Translations under genes and position numbers: made by a program
IMG/VR virus record: IMGVR_UViG_3300032299_001203
Coordinates: 40,087-104,086 of that record
Source: a virus
Length of the DNA: 64,000 nucleotides
Direction: 5' to 3' (one strand)
The notes under the pieces: generated by a model
The model's input: the letters and a program-made list of their open reading frames with translations, nothing else
Databases searched by the model: none
Told to the model about the DNA's origin: nothing
Shown: positions 38,605 through 49,059 of the stretch, in pieces
Layout: each line of letters starts with the position of its first letter
How positions within the stretch are numbered: position 1 is the stretch's first letter

Positions 38605-40286
38605 TGGCCACTCAAAATAAAGATTCTTATCGTGACAATCCGTTATTAAAAAAAGTAGGCGTTGAACACAAATATACAGAAGAACAGGTTCAAGAATATA
38701 TAAAATGTTCTAAAGATCCTGTATATTTCTGTATAAATTATATTAAAATTGTAAACGTAGATGAAGGCCTCATCAATTTTAATATGTGGGGCTTTCAGAA
38801 AGAAATGATTAATCTGTTTAAAGATAATCGTTTTGTTATCACTAAATGTCCTCGTCAGGTTGGCAAAACAACCACTACGGTTGGATATCTTCTTTGGGCA
38901 ACCATTTTTACCGATTCACAAAACGTAGCCGTTCTGGCAAATAAAGGCTCATTGGCTCGTGATATTCTATCCAAGTATCAACTGGCATATGAAAACTTAC
39001 CACAATGGCTCCAACAAGGTGTGGTGACATGGAACAAGGGTAATGTAGAACTAGAGAACGGGTCTAAGGTTATTGCGGCCAGTACGTCATCCTCAGCAAT
39101 CCGAGGTGGTTCTTTTAACATTGTGTTCTTGGACGAATTCGCTTTCGTACCAAACAATATTGCCAACGAGTTTTTTAACTCTGTTTATCCTGTAATTTCT
39201 TCTGGTAAATCTTCCAAAATTATTATTGTTTCCACGCCAAATGGTATGAATCTATTCTATAAGTTATGGATGGATTCACTAGAAGGTCGAAACAACTACA
39301 AAAATTTTCAAATTCATTGGTCAATGGTACCAGGTCGAGATGATGCTTGGAAAGAAGAAACAATTCGTAATACCTCTGAGAGGCAGTTTGCACAAGAGTT
39401 TGAAACCGAGTTTTTAGGATCATCAAACACTCTTATTTCTGGTTACAAACTACAGCAATTAAGATATATTAATCCAATTGCCGAGCATGATAAGATGAAA
39501 ATATATGAACATCCAATCAAAGAAGGTACAGAAAACAAATCAGACCACTTATACTGTATTTGTGTGGATGTATCAGAAGGTAAAAATTTAGATTCTTCCG
39601 CCTTTTCGGTAATAGATATATCTTCAACACCATATAAACAGGTGGCCACATATAATAGTTCTTCAATATCGCCAATACTATTCCCCACCGTAATCTACAA
39701 TGCGGCCAAATTGTATAACGATGCTTACGTTTTGGTAGAAATAAACAATAATCCTCAAGTGGCCGACATACTACACCAAGACCTTGAGTATGAAAATCTA
39801 TTAAAGGTGTTTACTGGCAATAAAAAACCACAACAATTGTCAGCTGGTTTTGCCAGAGGTGTACAAATGGGTCTTAAAATGTCGCCACAGGTGAAGCAAA
39901 TTGGTTGTTCAAACCTTAAAACATTAATAGAAGGTGATAAATTATTAATTAATGATTTTGATACTTATTCAGAATTGACCACTTTTGAACAATATAAAAC
40001 TTCTTTTTCTGCGGCCGATGGAGCTAATGATGATAATGTAATGACTTTAGTTATTTTTGCTTGGGCTGCCACTCAAAAATACTTTAGAGAAATAGTAAAC
40101 CATGATCTTAGAAAACAGATTCAATTGGAAAATATGAATCAAATTGATGAAGAGGTTCTACCTGAACCCATTATTGATGACGGTACAAAACCAGATTTTA
40201 TGATTGAGGGTGGAGATTTATGGGAAGTTGCTAATGGTGGTGACACTTATGCAAATTATAGTGCCAAATGGTTCAAGGATCTATAA
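38604..40286 (+). CDS. gp17: Terminase large subunit gp17
   Basis: YRDNPLLKK; Walker A PRQVGKTT; Walker B IVFLDEFAFV; STPNG.N.FY; nuclease CVDVSEG and DDNVM. Confidence 0.97.
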   Translation: MATQNKDSYRDNPLLKKVGVEHKYTEEQVQEYIKCSKDPVYFCINYIKIVNVDEGLINFNMWGFQKEMINLFKDNRFVITKCPRQVGKTTTTVGYLLWATIFTDSQNVAVLANKGSLARDILSKYQLAYENLPQWLQQGVVTWNKGNVELENGSKVIAASTSSSAIRGGSFNIVFLDEFAFVPNNIANEFFNSVYPVISSGKSSKIIIVSTPNGMNLFYKLWMDSLEGRNNYKNFQIHWSMVPGRDDAWKEETIRNTSERQFAQEFETEFLGSSNTLISGYKLQQLRYINPIAEHDKMKIYEHPIKEGTENKSDHLYCICVDVSEGKNLDSSAFSVIDISSTPYKQVATYNSSSISPILFPTVIYNAAKLYNDAYVLVEINNNPQVADILHQDLEYENLLKVFTGNKKPQQLSAGFARGVQMGLKMSPQVKQIGCSNLKTLIEGDKLLINDFDTYSELTTFEQYKTSFSAADGANDDNVMTLVIFAWAATQKYFREIVNHDLRKQIQLENMNQIDEEVLPEPIIDDGTKPDFMIEGGDLWEVANGGDTYANYSAKWFKDL

Positions 40287-40356
40287 ATCCTATGATTGAT
40301 AAATATTGCTATGGTATCATAACTGCCAGAATAACATCATATTTAAGGAGAATAAA

Positions 40357-42060
40357 ATGGCGTTTCAAATCTCTCCAGGCGTAAATGTTTCCGAGGTTGA
40401 CTTAACTACAGTCGTTCCTTCGATTCTAACTACGGCCGGTGCTTTTGTTGGAAATTTTGCGTGGGGACCAGCAAAAAAAATAATTCTTGTAGACAGCGAA
40501 GCAACTTTAAAACAAACATTTACAGGTCCAACTGAAAATACAGCTGCATCCTTTTTTACTGCAGCAAGTTTTTTATCATATGGAAATAATTTAAGCGTTG
40601 TTCGAGCTGTTGAAGCTAACGTATCTAATGCAACAGCAAATTCAGTATTACAAATTGCAAACGAAGATGTATTCCAATATCTTTATTTAAATAACGATAA
40701 TAGAAATTTATATGGTGCTTTTACTGCTCGATATCCTGGTTCTTTAGGCAATTCTTTAGATGTTCACGTTTGTGCAAATACATCACTATTCAGCTCTTGG
40801 TCATATAAATCGTATTTTACCAGTGCACCAGGAACTTCTGGATATGCGGAATCAGTTGGAGGTTCTAATGATGAACTCCACGTTGTTGTAGTAGATTCTG
40901 GCGGTAAATTTACCGGATCACGAGGAACTGTATTAGAAACTTATGCGTTTTTGTCGAGAGCATCTGATGCTTCAATCAATGGTTCTTCAAATTATTATAA
41001 AAATGTAATTTTTGATAAATCAAAATACGTTTATGCTATGGATCCTCCAAGTTATGGTGCTACTTATTTGTCTTGGGGAACTTCAGCTGCAAATACTAAT
41101 TTTACAAATTTAACAACAAATTTAAGTATTCCTTTAGCTGATGCTTCTTTGGTTGAATTTGTTGATGATGCTGTTCCTGCATTAAATCAATATCAACAAG
41201 GTTATGATTTGTTCGCCAATAAAGAAGAAACTAATATTTCTTTAGTTTTAACTGGTGGCGCTACTGTAGAATTACAACAATATGTTATTGATAACATTGT
41301 AAATTTACGAAAAGATTGTGTAGCATTTATTTCACCTCCATTTACTTCAATTGATGGCATTGGAGAAACTCCTACAGCAGGTATTACAACATGGTTAGCA
41401 TCGTTAGCTCGATCAAGTTCATATGTTGTAGCTGATAGTGGATTTAAATATATGTACGACAAATATAACAACAAGTATCGTTGGATACCACTTAACGGTG
41501 ACGTTGCTGGTCTATGTGTAAACACAGATACAGTTCGTGATCCATGGTTCTCGCCTGCTGGATTGAATCGTGGTCAACTTAAAAATGCAATTAAATTGGC
41601 CTGGAATCCAAATAAAACTCAAAGAGATGTATTATATTCGGCTGGTGTTAATCCTGTTATATCTTTGGCTGGCCAAGGAATTGTTTTGTTTGGCGATAAA
41701 ACATTACAATCAAAACCGTCCGCATTTGACCGAATCAATGTCCGTAGATTGTTTATTGTTCTTGAAAAAGCAATTGCTGAAGCTGCAAAATATTCATTGT
41801 TTGAATATAACGATGAATTTACACGAGCTCAGTTTGTTGCACTAGTAACTCCTTTCTTACGAGATGTTCAAGGTCGCCGTGGTATAACAGACTTTAAGGT
41901 TGTATGTGATACAACAAATAATACTCCACAAGTTATTGATTCTAATCAATTTGTTGGTGATATTTTCATCAAACCTGCTCGTTCAGTCAATTTCATCCAA
42001 TTGAACTTTGTTGCTGTTGGAACTGGTGTTGACTTCACAACAGTTGTTGGTGCTGTCTAA
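40357..42060 (+). CDS. gp18: Tail sheath protein gp18 (true start 40357, MAFQISPGV)
   Basis: SPGVNVSEVDLT; F.WGP; ARYPG.LGN; PWFSPAG.NRG; GDKT; FDRINVRRLF; KPARSVNFIQLNF; SD AAGGAG before 40357. Confidence 0.96.
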   Translation: MAFQISPGVNVSEVDLTTVVPSILTTAGAFVGNFAWGPAKKIILVDSEATLKQTFTGPTENTAASFFTAASFLSYGNNLSVVRAVEANVSNATANSVLQIANEDVFQYLYLNNDNRNLYGAFTARYPGSLGNSLDVHVCANTSLFSSWSYKSYFTSAPGTSGYAESVGGSNDELHVVVVDSGGKFTGSRGTVLETYAFLSRASDASINGSSNYYKNVIFDKSKYVYAMDPPSYGATYLSWGTSAANTNFTNLTTNLSIPLADASLVEFVDDAVPALNQYQQGYDLFANKEETNISLVLTGGATVELQQYVIDNIVNLRKDCVAFISPPFTSIDGIGETPTAGITTWLASLARSSSYVVADSGFKYMYDKYNNKYRWIPLNGDVAGLCVNTDTVRDPWFSPAGLNRGQLKNAIKLAWNPNKTQRDVLYSAGVNPVISLAGQGIVLFGDKTLQSKPSAFDRINVRRLFIVLEKAIAEAAKYSLFEYNDEFTRAQFVALVTPFLRDVQGRRGITDFKVVCDTTNNTPQVIDSNQFVGDIFIKPARSVNFIQLNFVAVGTGVDFTTVVGAV

Positions 42061-42089
42061 TAAATACTAAGAATAATAGGAGAAATTAA

Positions 42090-42632
42090 ATGGCATTCAA
42101 TGTAGCAGAATTTAGAGCAAATATGATTGGTGACGGAGCTCGTCCTAATCTATTCAAGGTCTCTTTAACATTTCCAACAGTAGCAGCAAACGGTGTTGCA
42201 GCTGGCCAAAAAACAACTTTTATGGCCAAAACAGCACAATTACCTGGTTCAACAATTAATAGCTTTCCATTGTATTACTTTGGACGTGAATTAAAGTTTG
42301 CTGGTAATAGAACATTTACAGATTGGACATTACAAATTATTAATGACGAAGATTTTTTAATTCGCAATGCATTAGAATCGTGGATGAATTCAATCAACAG
42401 TCATGTATCTAACGTAAGAAATCCTAATGCTGTAAATCCTTCAAACTATTCAGTTGATGCCGAAGTTACTCAATATGGTAAAGCCGGACAAGAATTGAAG
42501 AAATATAAATTTGTTGGTGTGTTTCCTGTAGACGTGGCTCCAATTGATTTAGATTGGGGTTCAAATGATTCTATTGAAGAATATGCAGCAACATTTGCAT
42601 TTCAATATTGGGAAACAGATACTACTTCTTAA
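42090..42632 (+). CDS. gp19: Tail tube protein gp19
   Basis: GARPNLF; AQLPGS; GRELKFAGNRTFTDWT..INDEDF.IR; IDLDW..ND.IEEY. Confidence 0.96.
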   Translation: MAFNVAEFRANMIGDGARPNLFKVSLTFPTVAANGVAAGQKTTFMAKTAQLPGSTINSFPLYYFGRELKFAGNRTFTDWTLQIINDEDFLIRNALESWMNSINSHVSNVRNPNAVNPSNYSVDAEVTQYGKAGQELKKYKFVGVFPVDVAPIDLDWGSNDSIEEYAATFAFQYWETDTTS

Positions 42633-42644
42633 TATGTTTTTTAT

Positions 42645-42671
42645 ATGGGGTATTTTACCCCATTTATGTTT
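42645..42671 (+). terminator. Probable intrinsic terminator after gp19
   Basis: ATGGGGTA-ttt-TACCCCAT stem followed by TTATGTTT. Confidence 0.55.
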
Positions 42672-42695
42672 AATTGAATTGGAAAAGTAAATAAT

Positions 42696-44390
42696 ATGGC
42701 AGCTAATAAATTCTCTCTTTTTGGTTTCACAATCGCACGGGATAAAGCCGAGAGTGATCAGTCGGCGCAACAATCTTTTACATCACCGGCTAATGAGGAT
42801 GGTGCATTAACAATACAATCGGCCGCTTATTATGGAACTTATGTTGATCTGGATGGTACAGCAAAAAATGAAGTAGAGTTGATTTCTCGTTATAGAGAAA
42901 TGGCTATGCAACCAGAAATAGAATCGGCTATTGATGATATTGTAAACGAAGCTATTGTAAAAGATGATGATGGTCAAGTTACCAATATTGTTTTGGATAA
43001 TTTGAACCAACCAGATAAAATTAAAAAGGCGATTAAAGAAGAATTTCAAAATATTTTAAGAATATTAAATTATAATAATATGGCTCAAGATATTTTTCGC
43101 CGGTATTATATTGATGGTAGATTGTTTTATAATATTATTATCGATAAAGAGAATCCAGTTGCAGGTATTAAAGAACTACGGTACATTGATCCACGTAAAT
43201 TGAGAAAAGTACGTGAATTAAAAAAACAAAAAGATGATAAAACTGGTGCAGAAGTTGTGAATGTGGCCAATGAGTATTACATTTTTAACGACAAAGTGGT
43301 TACCGGCAGTTCTACTAATTATGGTCCTATTGGTGTACGAATTACAACTGATTCTATTATATCTGTTGTTTCTGGTTTAATGGATTCTCGCCGTGCTGTG
43401 GTATTATCTTACTTACACAAGGCGATTAAGCCACTTAATCAGTTAAGAATGATAGAAGATGCGACAGTTATCTATCGTATCTCACGTGCACCAGAGCGCC
43501 GTATATTTTATATTGACGTAGGTAATTTGCCTAAATTAAAAGCAGAACAGTATCTTCGTGATATTATGGTCAAATATAAAAACAAACTTGTGTATGATGC
43601 CAACACAGGTGAAGTTCGTGATGACCGTAAATTCTTATCTATGATGGAAGATTTTTGGTTGCCACGCCGTGAAGGTGGTAAAGGCACAGAGATTACAACA
43701 TTACCTGGTGGACAAAACTTGGGTGAGTTGGAAGATGTAAAATATTTTCAAAAGAAATTGTATCAATCGTTAAGTGTTCCTATTTCTCGATTAGAACCTA
43801 ATCAAGGTTTTTCAATTGGTCGAGTTGCAGAAGTTACACGAGATGAATTAAAGTTTGCTAAATTTGTTGATAGAGTTCGTAATAAGTTTTCAGATATTTT
43901 TGATCAAGCTTTACGTGTGCAATGCGTATTAAAAGGCATTTGTACCAATGAAGAATGGTCTTTATTTAAAGAAAACATTCATTATGATTTTATTAAAGAT
44001 AACAACTTTAGTGAATTAAAAGAAGCTGAGTTAATGACCAACAGATTACAGTTGTTGAGTTCTGTTGATCCCTATACAGGTCGGTATTTTTCTCAGGCAT
44101 GGATACAACGAAATGTATTGCGTTTAAATGATGATGAAATTAAACGTATGCAAGAAGAAATTGATGAAGAAAAAGAAGCTGGTCTTGGATTGCCTGTTGG
44201 TGTTATGAATGACGTAGCACAACAAACTATGATGTCACAGGTGCCTGCTCAACCACAAAATCCAGATGACCAAGAACATCAAATGGATATGCAACAACAA
44301 GCAGCTGATCAAGCAATGCAACAAGCAAAAGCGGCTTCTAAAGTTAAAGAGTCTACCGGAACATTTGGTAAATTAAAACAAATGCTATAA
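42696..44390 (+). CDS. gp20: Portal vertex protein gp20
   Basis: YREMA.QPE..SAIDDIVNEA; YLHKAIKPLNQLRMIEDA.VIYRISRAPERRIFYIDVGNLP; EDFWLPRREGGKGTEI. Confidence 0.97.
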   Translation: MAANKFSLFGFTIARDKAESDQSAQQSFTSPANEDGALTIQSAAYYGTYVDLDGTAKNEVELISRYREMAMQPEIESAIDDIVNEAIVKDDDGQVTNIVLDNLNQPDKIKKAIKEEFQNILRILNYNNMAQDIFRRYYIDGRLFYNIIIDKENPVAGIKELRYIDPRKLRKVRELKKQKDDKTGAEVVNVANEYYIFNDKVVTGSSTNYGPIGVRITTDSIISVVSGLMDSRRAVVLSYLHKAIKPLNQLRMIEDATVIYRISRAPERRIFYIDVGNLPKLKAEQYLRDIMVKYKNKLVYDANTGEVRDDRKFLSMMEDFWLPRREGGKGTEITTLPGGQNLGELEDVKYFQKKLYQSLSVPISRLEPNQGFSIGRVAEVTRDELKFAKFVDRVRNKFSDIFDQALRVQCVLKGICTNEEWSLFKENIHYDFIKDNNFSELKEAELMTNRLQLLSSVDPYTGRYFSQAWIQRNVLRLNDDEIKRMQEEIDEEKEAGLGLPVGVMNDVAQQTMMSQVPAQPQNPDDQEHQMDMQQQAADQAMQQAKAASKVKESTGTFGKLKQML

Positions 44391-44393
44391 ATA
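44386..44393 (+). promoter_or_regulatory. Late promoter TATAAATA
   Basis: Exact consensus overlapping gp20 stop, upstream of prohead core genes. Confidence 0.7.
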
Positions 44394-44411
44394 TTTTGAA
44401 TGGAGATAATA

Positions 44412-44651
44412 ATGGAAAATACAAGAGCAATTATTGATTACGCTTTTGACGACAATGCAAAAGATATGCGTGATGCACTTTATAGTGACATACAAGATAG
44501 AGTAATGGCACATTTGGATGCTCAAAAGCAACAAATTGCACAAAACATATTAAGTCCGGCTGAAGATCCGTTGGCCACGGCACAAGATGTGGCGGTAGAA
44601 CCGGCAGAAGAACAAGACCAAGAACAGGAACAAGAGAGTGAAAACACTTAA
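44412..44651 (+). CDS. Prohead core protein, gp67-like (acidic)
   Basis: Small acidic protein directly after portal; GGAG SD favours start 44412. Confidence 0.6.
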   Translation: MENTRAIIDYAFDDNAKDMRDALYSDIQDRVMAHLDAQKQQIAQNILSPAEDPLATAQDVAVEPAEEQDQEQEQESENT

Positions 44652-44859
44652 AGAGTTTTGCAACCTCTACGAAAAAAAGAATAAGGCTGAGCAAGATCCG
44701 CCAAATATTCTAATAATGAAACGACAATCCATTAGGTTGTTTCCTAATGGCCAAAAAGTAGCATTGTATTATGTGGATAAAATTAATAAATATGTGACCA
44801 TACCATACGAATCTATGACATGGTCCTCTTCCATACCAGAAGAATTTAAACAGGAATAA
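44638..44859 (+). CDS. Hypothetical head-module protein (73 aa)
   Basis: DPPNILIMKRQSIRLFPNGQKVALYY..INKYVTIPY; overlaps preceding gene. Confidence 0.6.
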   Translation: MKTLKEFCNLYEKKNKAEQDPPNILIMKRQSIRLFPNGQKVALYYVDKINKYVTIPYESMTWSSSIPEEFKQE

Positions 44860-44862
44860 AAA

Positions 44863-45387
44863 ATGCCAAACTCATTTACATATCAGGTTATTAAAGATAC
44901 TACAGAAACGGCCGTAATTAAAATTACTGGTAATTTTGATGGTTCAGGACAAGAAGATAATTCTGCACGGATTACAGCAAACTCATTGTATGGAGCTTTA
45001 GATGCAAATAATGTTCCGTTAGGTTCAAGTTTAAGTCAAAGTAATACGGCAAAACCATTTTATGGACTATCCGTGAATCGTTTGTGGTATACTATTCCTT
45101 CAGGAACATTGGTTCAGTTGTATTGGACTGCATCGACCAATGCACCTATATGTAATCTTGTTGCTAGTGGTGAGTTTGATGGAACATCACAATGGGCTAC
45201 CATTCAAAACAACGCACAAGGAACTGCAGGTTGCAACGGAAATATTGGCATCTCAACAAAAGGAATGGGAGCCAACAGTGCTTATACAATTATGTTAGAT
45301 GTGCGTAAACATAACGAATATTACCAGCGTGGTCAGTTTAATGATCCTGCTGCATTCAATTATGGCGATTACTCAATAGATCCGTAA
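44863..45387 (+). CDS. Hypothetical head-module protein (174 aa)
   Basis: Beta-rich ORF with SD; translationally coupled to next gene. Confidence 0.6.
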   Translation: MPNSFTYQVIKDTTETAVIKITGNFDGSGQEDNSARITANSLYGALDANNVPLGSSLSQSNTAKPFYGLSVNRLWYTIPSGTLVQLYWTASTNAPICNLVASGEFDGTSQWATIQNNAQGTAGCNGNIGISTKGMGANSAYTIMLDVRKHNEYYQRGQFNDPAAFNYGDYSIDP

Positions 45388-45779
45388 TGAAAGATTTTGT
45401 TACCAAATTATTGTCTGGTAATTTAATAGAGGCAAAAGAATTATTAGATAAACGTATTGAAGAATTGATTAATGAAAAATTTAACCAAATTCAGGAACGT
45501 TTGGCTAATGAAATAGCTGAAGGTAATATACAAAAAATAGGAAGAACAAGCCTTGTTCGTATACGATTCCGTAAAGGAAAAATTCAACGAAGGGTTAAGA
45601 AGTCGGCGGTATCGGGTTTCACGATTCGTGGTGGTCGTTTAGTAAGAATGTCACCACAAGAACGTAGGCGGAGATCAATGGCTGCCAGACGTTCTAAGTT
45701 TAAACGAAAAAGTAAATTAAGACAGTCGTTAAGAAAACGGCAAATATCTTTAAGAAAACGAAAGGCAATGGGACTATAA
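45387..45779 (+). CDS. Prohead core protein, gp68-like (Arg/Lys-rich)
   Basis: Very basic C-terminus RMSPQERRRR..KRQISLRKRKAMGL; immediately upstream of gp21. Confidence 0.7.
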   Translation: MKDFVTKLLSGNLIEAKELLDKRIEELINEKFNQIQERLANEIAEGNIQKIGRTSLVRIRFRKGKIQRRVKKSAVSGFTIRGGRLVRMSPQERRRRSMAARRSKFKRKSKLRQSLRKRQISLRKRKAMGL

Positions 45780-46423
45780 TGAAGTTAATTACAGAAGTCA
45801 CCGAAACATTACAATATCTTGCTGAAGATAAAGACGGCAAAAAAACTTTGTTTATCGAAGGTCCATTTCTTCAAGCAGAAGTGGTAAACCGTAATGGTCG
45901 TAAATATCTGAAAGAGACCATGGCCAAAGAAGTACAAAGATATACAGAAAATTACATTAATAAAAATCGTGCCTTTGGTGAGCTGGGTCATCCAGACACA
46001 CCATCTATCAATCTCGACAGAGTTTCACACATGGTTGTGGGTCTCCGTCAAGAAGGTAATGATTGGATTGGCAAAGCAAAGATTCTTGACACCCCTATGG
46101 GTAACATTGTTAAGAGCCTAATCGAAGGTGGCGCACAAATTGGTGTGTCGTCCCGTGGTATGGGTTCTCTTAAAAATGTTAATGGTGTTAACATAGTTCA
46201 AGATGATTTTCATCTAGCCACAGCGGCGGATATTGTAGCAGACCCTTCTGCTCCAAATGCTTTCGTTCAAGGTATTATGGAAGGCAAAGAGTGGGTATTA
46301 GTCAACGGTGTATGGACCGAACAGCAATTCTCTGAAGCCAAACAGGCAATTAAAAAGGCCTCGCAAAGGGAAATTGAGGAAGTGAGTCTACGCATTTGGG
46401 AATCACTCGTAAAAAAACTTTAA
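45779..46423 (+). CDS. gp21: Prohead core scaffold protease gp21
   Basis: MKLITE; IEGPFLQAEVVNRNGRKY; GELGHP; LDTPMG; GVSSRGMGSL; ADIVADPSAPNAFV. Confidence 0.97.
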   Translation: MKLITEVTETLQYLAEDKDGKKTLFIEGPFLQAEVVNRNGRKYLKETMAKEVQRYTENYINKNRAFGELGHPDTPSINLDRVSHMVVGLRQEGNDWIGKAKILDTPMGNIVKSLIEGGAQIGVSSRGMGSLKNVNGVNIVQDDFHLATAADIVADPSAPNAFVQGIMEGKEWVLVNGVWTEQQFSEAKQAIKKASQREIEEVSLRIWESLVKKL

Positions 46424-46424
46424 A

Positions 46425-46432
46425 TATAAATA
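46425..46432 (+). promoter_or_regulatory. Late promoter TATAAATA
   Basis: Exact consensus upstream of gp22. Confidence 0.75.
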
Positions 46433-46460
46433 TCCAATATAAATCAAGGAGATTTTCAAA

Positions 46461-47648
46461 ATGGGAAAATTTAATCTGTCCGAAGCCGCTAAAGAGATTC
46501 TTGCTGGTACTGTATCAAGCAAAAAATCTGGCCAAGATAAATCACAAAAATTAACTGGCGATGTAGCCTATGGTACCAAAGAAGTTGGTGACATTGGTAC
46601 AGAAATTACCAAAACAACCGATTCTGGTCCTGATGCATACAAAGGAGCACCTACAGCAACCGCACCTGGTGCAACACCTCCTGTAGGTTCTGAGCCAGCC
46701 AAGAAACTCAAAGGTCAGCCTGCTGAGCAAGGTTCTGTTGAGCATCCAGAAGGCAAAACTGGCAAAAACCAAATGCCTTTAAATAAAGGTTCTGTTGGTG
46801 TTCAGCAATACGAAGAAACTGAAGATGATGACGAAGTTATCGTTGAAGCAGAAAAAGAAGGCCACGAAGATGAGAAAGAAGATAAAGCCATGATTAAAAA
46901 AATGCTCAAAAAAGAAAAAATGAAGGAAGATATTGACGCCTTAATTTCTGGCGAAAATCTTTCCGAAGAATTTATCACTAAGGCAACAACAATTTTTGAA
47001 GCAGCAGTTATTGCTCGTGCTGAAGAAGTTATTGCTGAAGCCGAAGAAGCTTTAACAGAACAATTCGAAGCCGCCATCGAAGAAATTAAAGAAGAAATGG
47101 CCACCAAAGTTGATGATTACCTCAACTACATGGTTGAAGAATGGGTTAAAGATAATGAAATCGCCATCGAAAAAGGTCTCCGTGCCGAAATCGTTGAAGA
47201 TTTTATTTCCGGTTTAAAAGATTTATTTGAAGATCATTACATTGACATTCCGGAAGAAAAAGTGGATGTTGTTGAAGAGCTTACCGCTAAAGTTGAAGAA
47301 CTTGAAGAAGCTTACAATGAGCAAATCAAATCTGCTATTGAGTTGAAAAAAGAACTCAATGAGCACAAAAAGTTTGAGGCTATTTACGCAGCGTGTGAAG
47401 GCCTAACGCAGACCCAAGTAGAAAAAATGAAATCACTCGCAGAGAGTATTGAGTTTACTACTGAGGAAGAATTTACAGAAAAAATGGAAACATTGAAAGA
47501 ATCATATTTCAAAAATCCAGTAGTTTCTGCTGATAGTTCTGCTTTGGATGATGAAGTCCAAATTGAAGAAGAAAAGAAGGTTGTAAAATCTTCCGATCCT
47601 TTAATGGAAGTTTACTCGAAAGCAATTTCACAAACTGTAAACAAATAA
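46461..47648 (+). CDS. gp22: Prohead core scaffolding protein gp22
   Basis: LSEEF..KA.TIFEAAV; KVDDYLNY..EEW..DN..AIE.GLR.EI.E.FI.GLK.LF..HYI; KESYF. Confidence 0.93.
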   Translation: MGKFNLSEAAKEILAGTVSSKKSGQDKSQKLTGDVAYGTKEVGDIGTEITKTTDSGPDAYKGAPTATAPGATPPVGSEPAKKLKGQPAEQGSVEHPEGKTGKNQMPLNKGSVGVQQYEETEDDDEVIVEAEKEGHEDEKEDKAMIKKMLKKEKMKEDIDALISGENLSEEFITKATTIFEAAVIARAEEVIAEAEEALTEQFEAAIEEIKEEMATKVDDYLNYMVEEWVKDNEIAIEKGLRAEIVEDFISGLKDLFEDHYIDIPEEKVDVVEELTAKVEELEEAYNEQIKSAIELKKELNEHKKFEAIYAACEGLTQTQVEKMKSLAESIEFTTEEEFTEKMETLKESYFKNPVVSADSSALDDEVQIEEEKKVVKSSDPLMEVYSKAISQTVNK

Positions 47649-47679
47649 TAACAAATATACAAAAAAAGGAAAACAAAAA

Positions 47680-49029
47680 ATGTATATGACCGAAGAACTA
47701 CAAAAGAAATGGAATCCTGTTTTGGAGCACCCAGAACTTGAAGCCATTAAAGACCCATACAAGCGTGCTGTTACAGCTCTTGTTTTGGAAAACCAACAAC
47801 AAGCTATGTCACAAGATGCTCAAGTATTGAATGAAACAGCATACGGTACAGGTGGTCCTACCAACGTTACCGGTTCTGGTATCAGCAATTTTGATCCTAT
47901 CTTGATCAGCTTAGTTCGCCGTTCATTGCCAAATCTTATCGCTTATGACGTTGCTGGCGTTCAGCCAATGACAGGTCCTACAGGTTTGATTTTTGCAATG
48001 CGTGCACGTTACACCAACCAATCTCAGACTGAGGCATTCTTCAACGAAGCCAATACAGTATTCTCTGGTGCTTCTTCTGGTGCTAACCCATACGGTTTCC
48101 GTGGCACAACAACACCTGACAATGACATCGCAACAAATCCTGTAGCAAGCTTTACAGCTAACGCCTTTACAACTGGTATTGGCATGCCAACATCGACAGC
48201 TGAAAATCTTGGCGCTGACTCTGACAGCGTATTTGGCCAAATGGCATTTAGCATTGAGAAAGTTACTGTAACTGCTCAAAGCCGTGCTTTGAAAGCCGAG
48301 TACTCTTTAGAACTCGCACAAGACTTGAAAGCAATCCATGGTCTTGATGCTGAAACAGAATTGTCTAACATTCTGTCTACAGAAATTCTTGCTGAAATCA
48401 ACCGTGAAGTTATCCGTACCATTTATTTGTCCGCTGTAACAGGTGCACAATACGGTACAACAACTGCTGGTACATTTGACTTAGACACAGACTCCAACGG
48501 TCGTTGGTCTGTTGAACGTTTCAAAGGCTTGATTTTCCAAATCGAGCGTGATGCAAACGTTATTGCTAAGCAAACTCGCCGTGGTAAAGGTAATGTGTTG
48601 ATCGTTTCTTCTGACGTTGCTTCCGCTATGGCAATGGCTGGTGTATTGCAATATACTCCTGCTCTGTCTGCTGATTTGCAAGTAGATGACACAGGCAATA
48701 CATTTGCTGGTTTGTTACATGGCCGTATCAAGGTATACATTGACCCATATTTTGGTGGCTACACAAGCAACCAAGAGTTGGTTACAATTGGTTACAAAGG
48801 TACATCGCCTTATGACGCAGGTCTGTTCTATTGCCCATACGTTCCTCTCCAAATGGTTCGTGCTGTTGACCAGTTTACATTCCAACCTAAGATTGGTTTC
48901 AAAACTCGTTACGGCATGGTAGCTAACCCATTTGCTAAAGGTGCTTTGGCAAGCGGTGCTGGTACAAACCAGATTACACCAAGAACAAACGTATACTATC
49001 GTATATTCAAAGTTGCAAACTTGATGTAA
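47680..49029 (+). CDS. gp23: Major capsid protein gp23
   Basis: FDPILISLVRR..PNLIAYD..GVQPMTGPTGLIFAMR; SRALKAEYSLELAQDLKAIHGLDAE.EL; YDAGLFYCPYVPL; QPKIGFKTRYG. Confidence 0.98.
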   Translation: MYMTEELQKKWNPVLEHPELEAIKDPYKRAVTALVLENQQQAMSQDAQVLNETAYGTGGPTNVTGSGISNFDPILISLVRRSLPNLIAYDVAGVQPMTGPTGLIFAMRARYTNQSQTEAFFNEANTVFSGASSGANPYGFRGTTTPDNDIATNPVASFTANAFTTGIGMPTSTAENLGADSDSVFGQMAFSIEKVTVTAQSRALKAEYSLELAQDLKAIHGLDAETELSNILSTEILAEINREVIRTIYLSAVTGAQYGTTTAGTFDLDTDSNGRWSVERFKGLIFQIERDANVIAKQTRRGKGNVLIVSSDVASAMAMAGVLQYTPALSADLQVDDTGNTFAGLLHGRIKVYIDPYFGGYTSNQELVTIGYKGTSPYDAGLFYCPYVPLQMVRAVDQFTFQPKIGFKTRYGMVANPFAKGALASGAGTNQITPRTNVYYRIFKVANLM

Positions 49030-49059
49030 TATAAAGTCACCAACAAGAGTGACCTTTAG

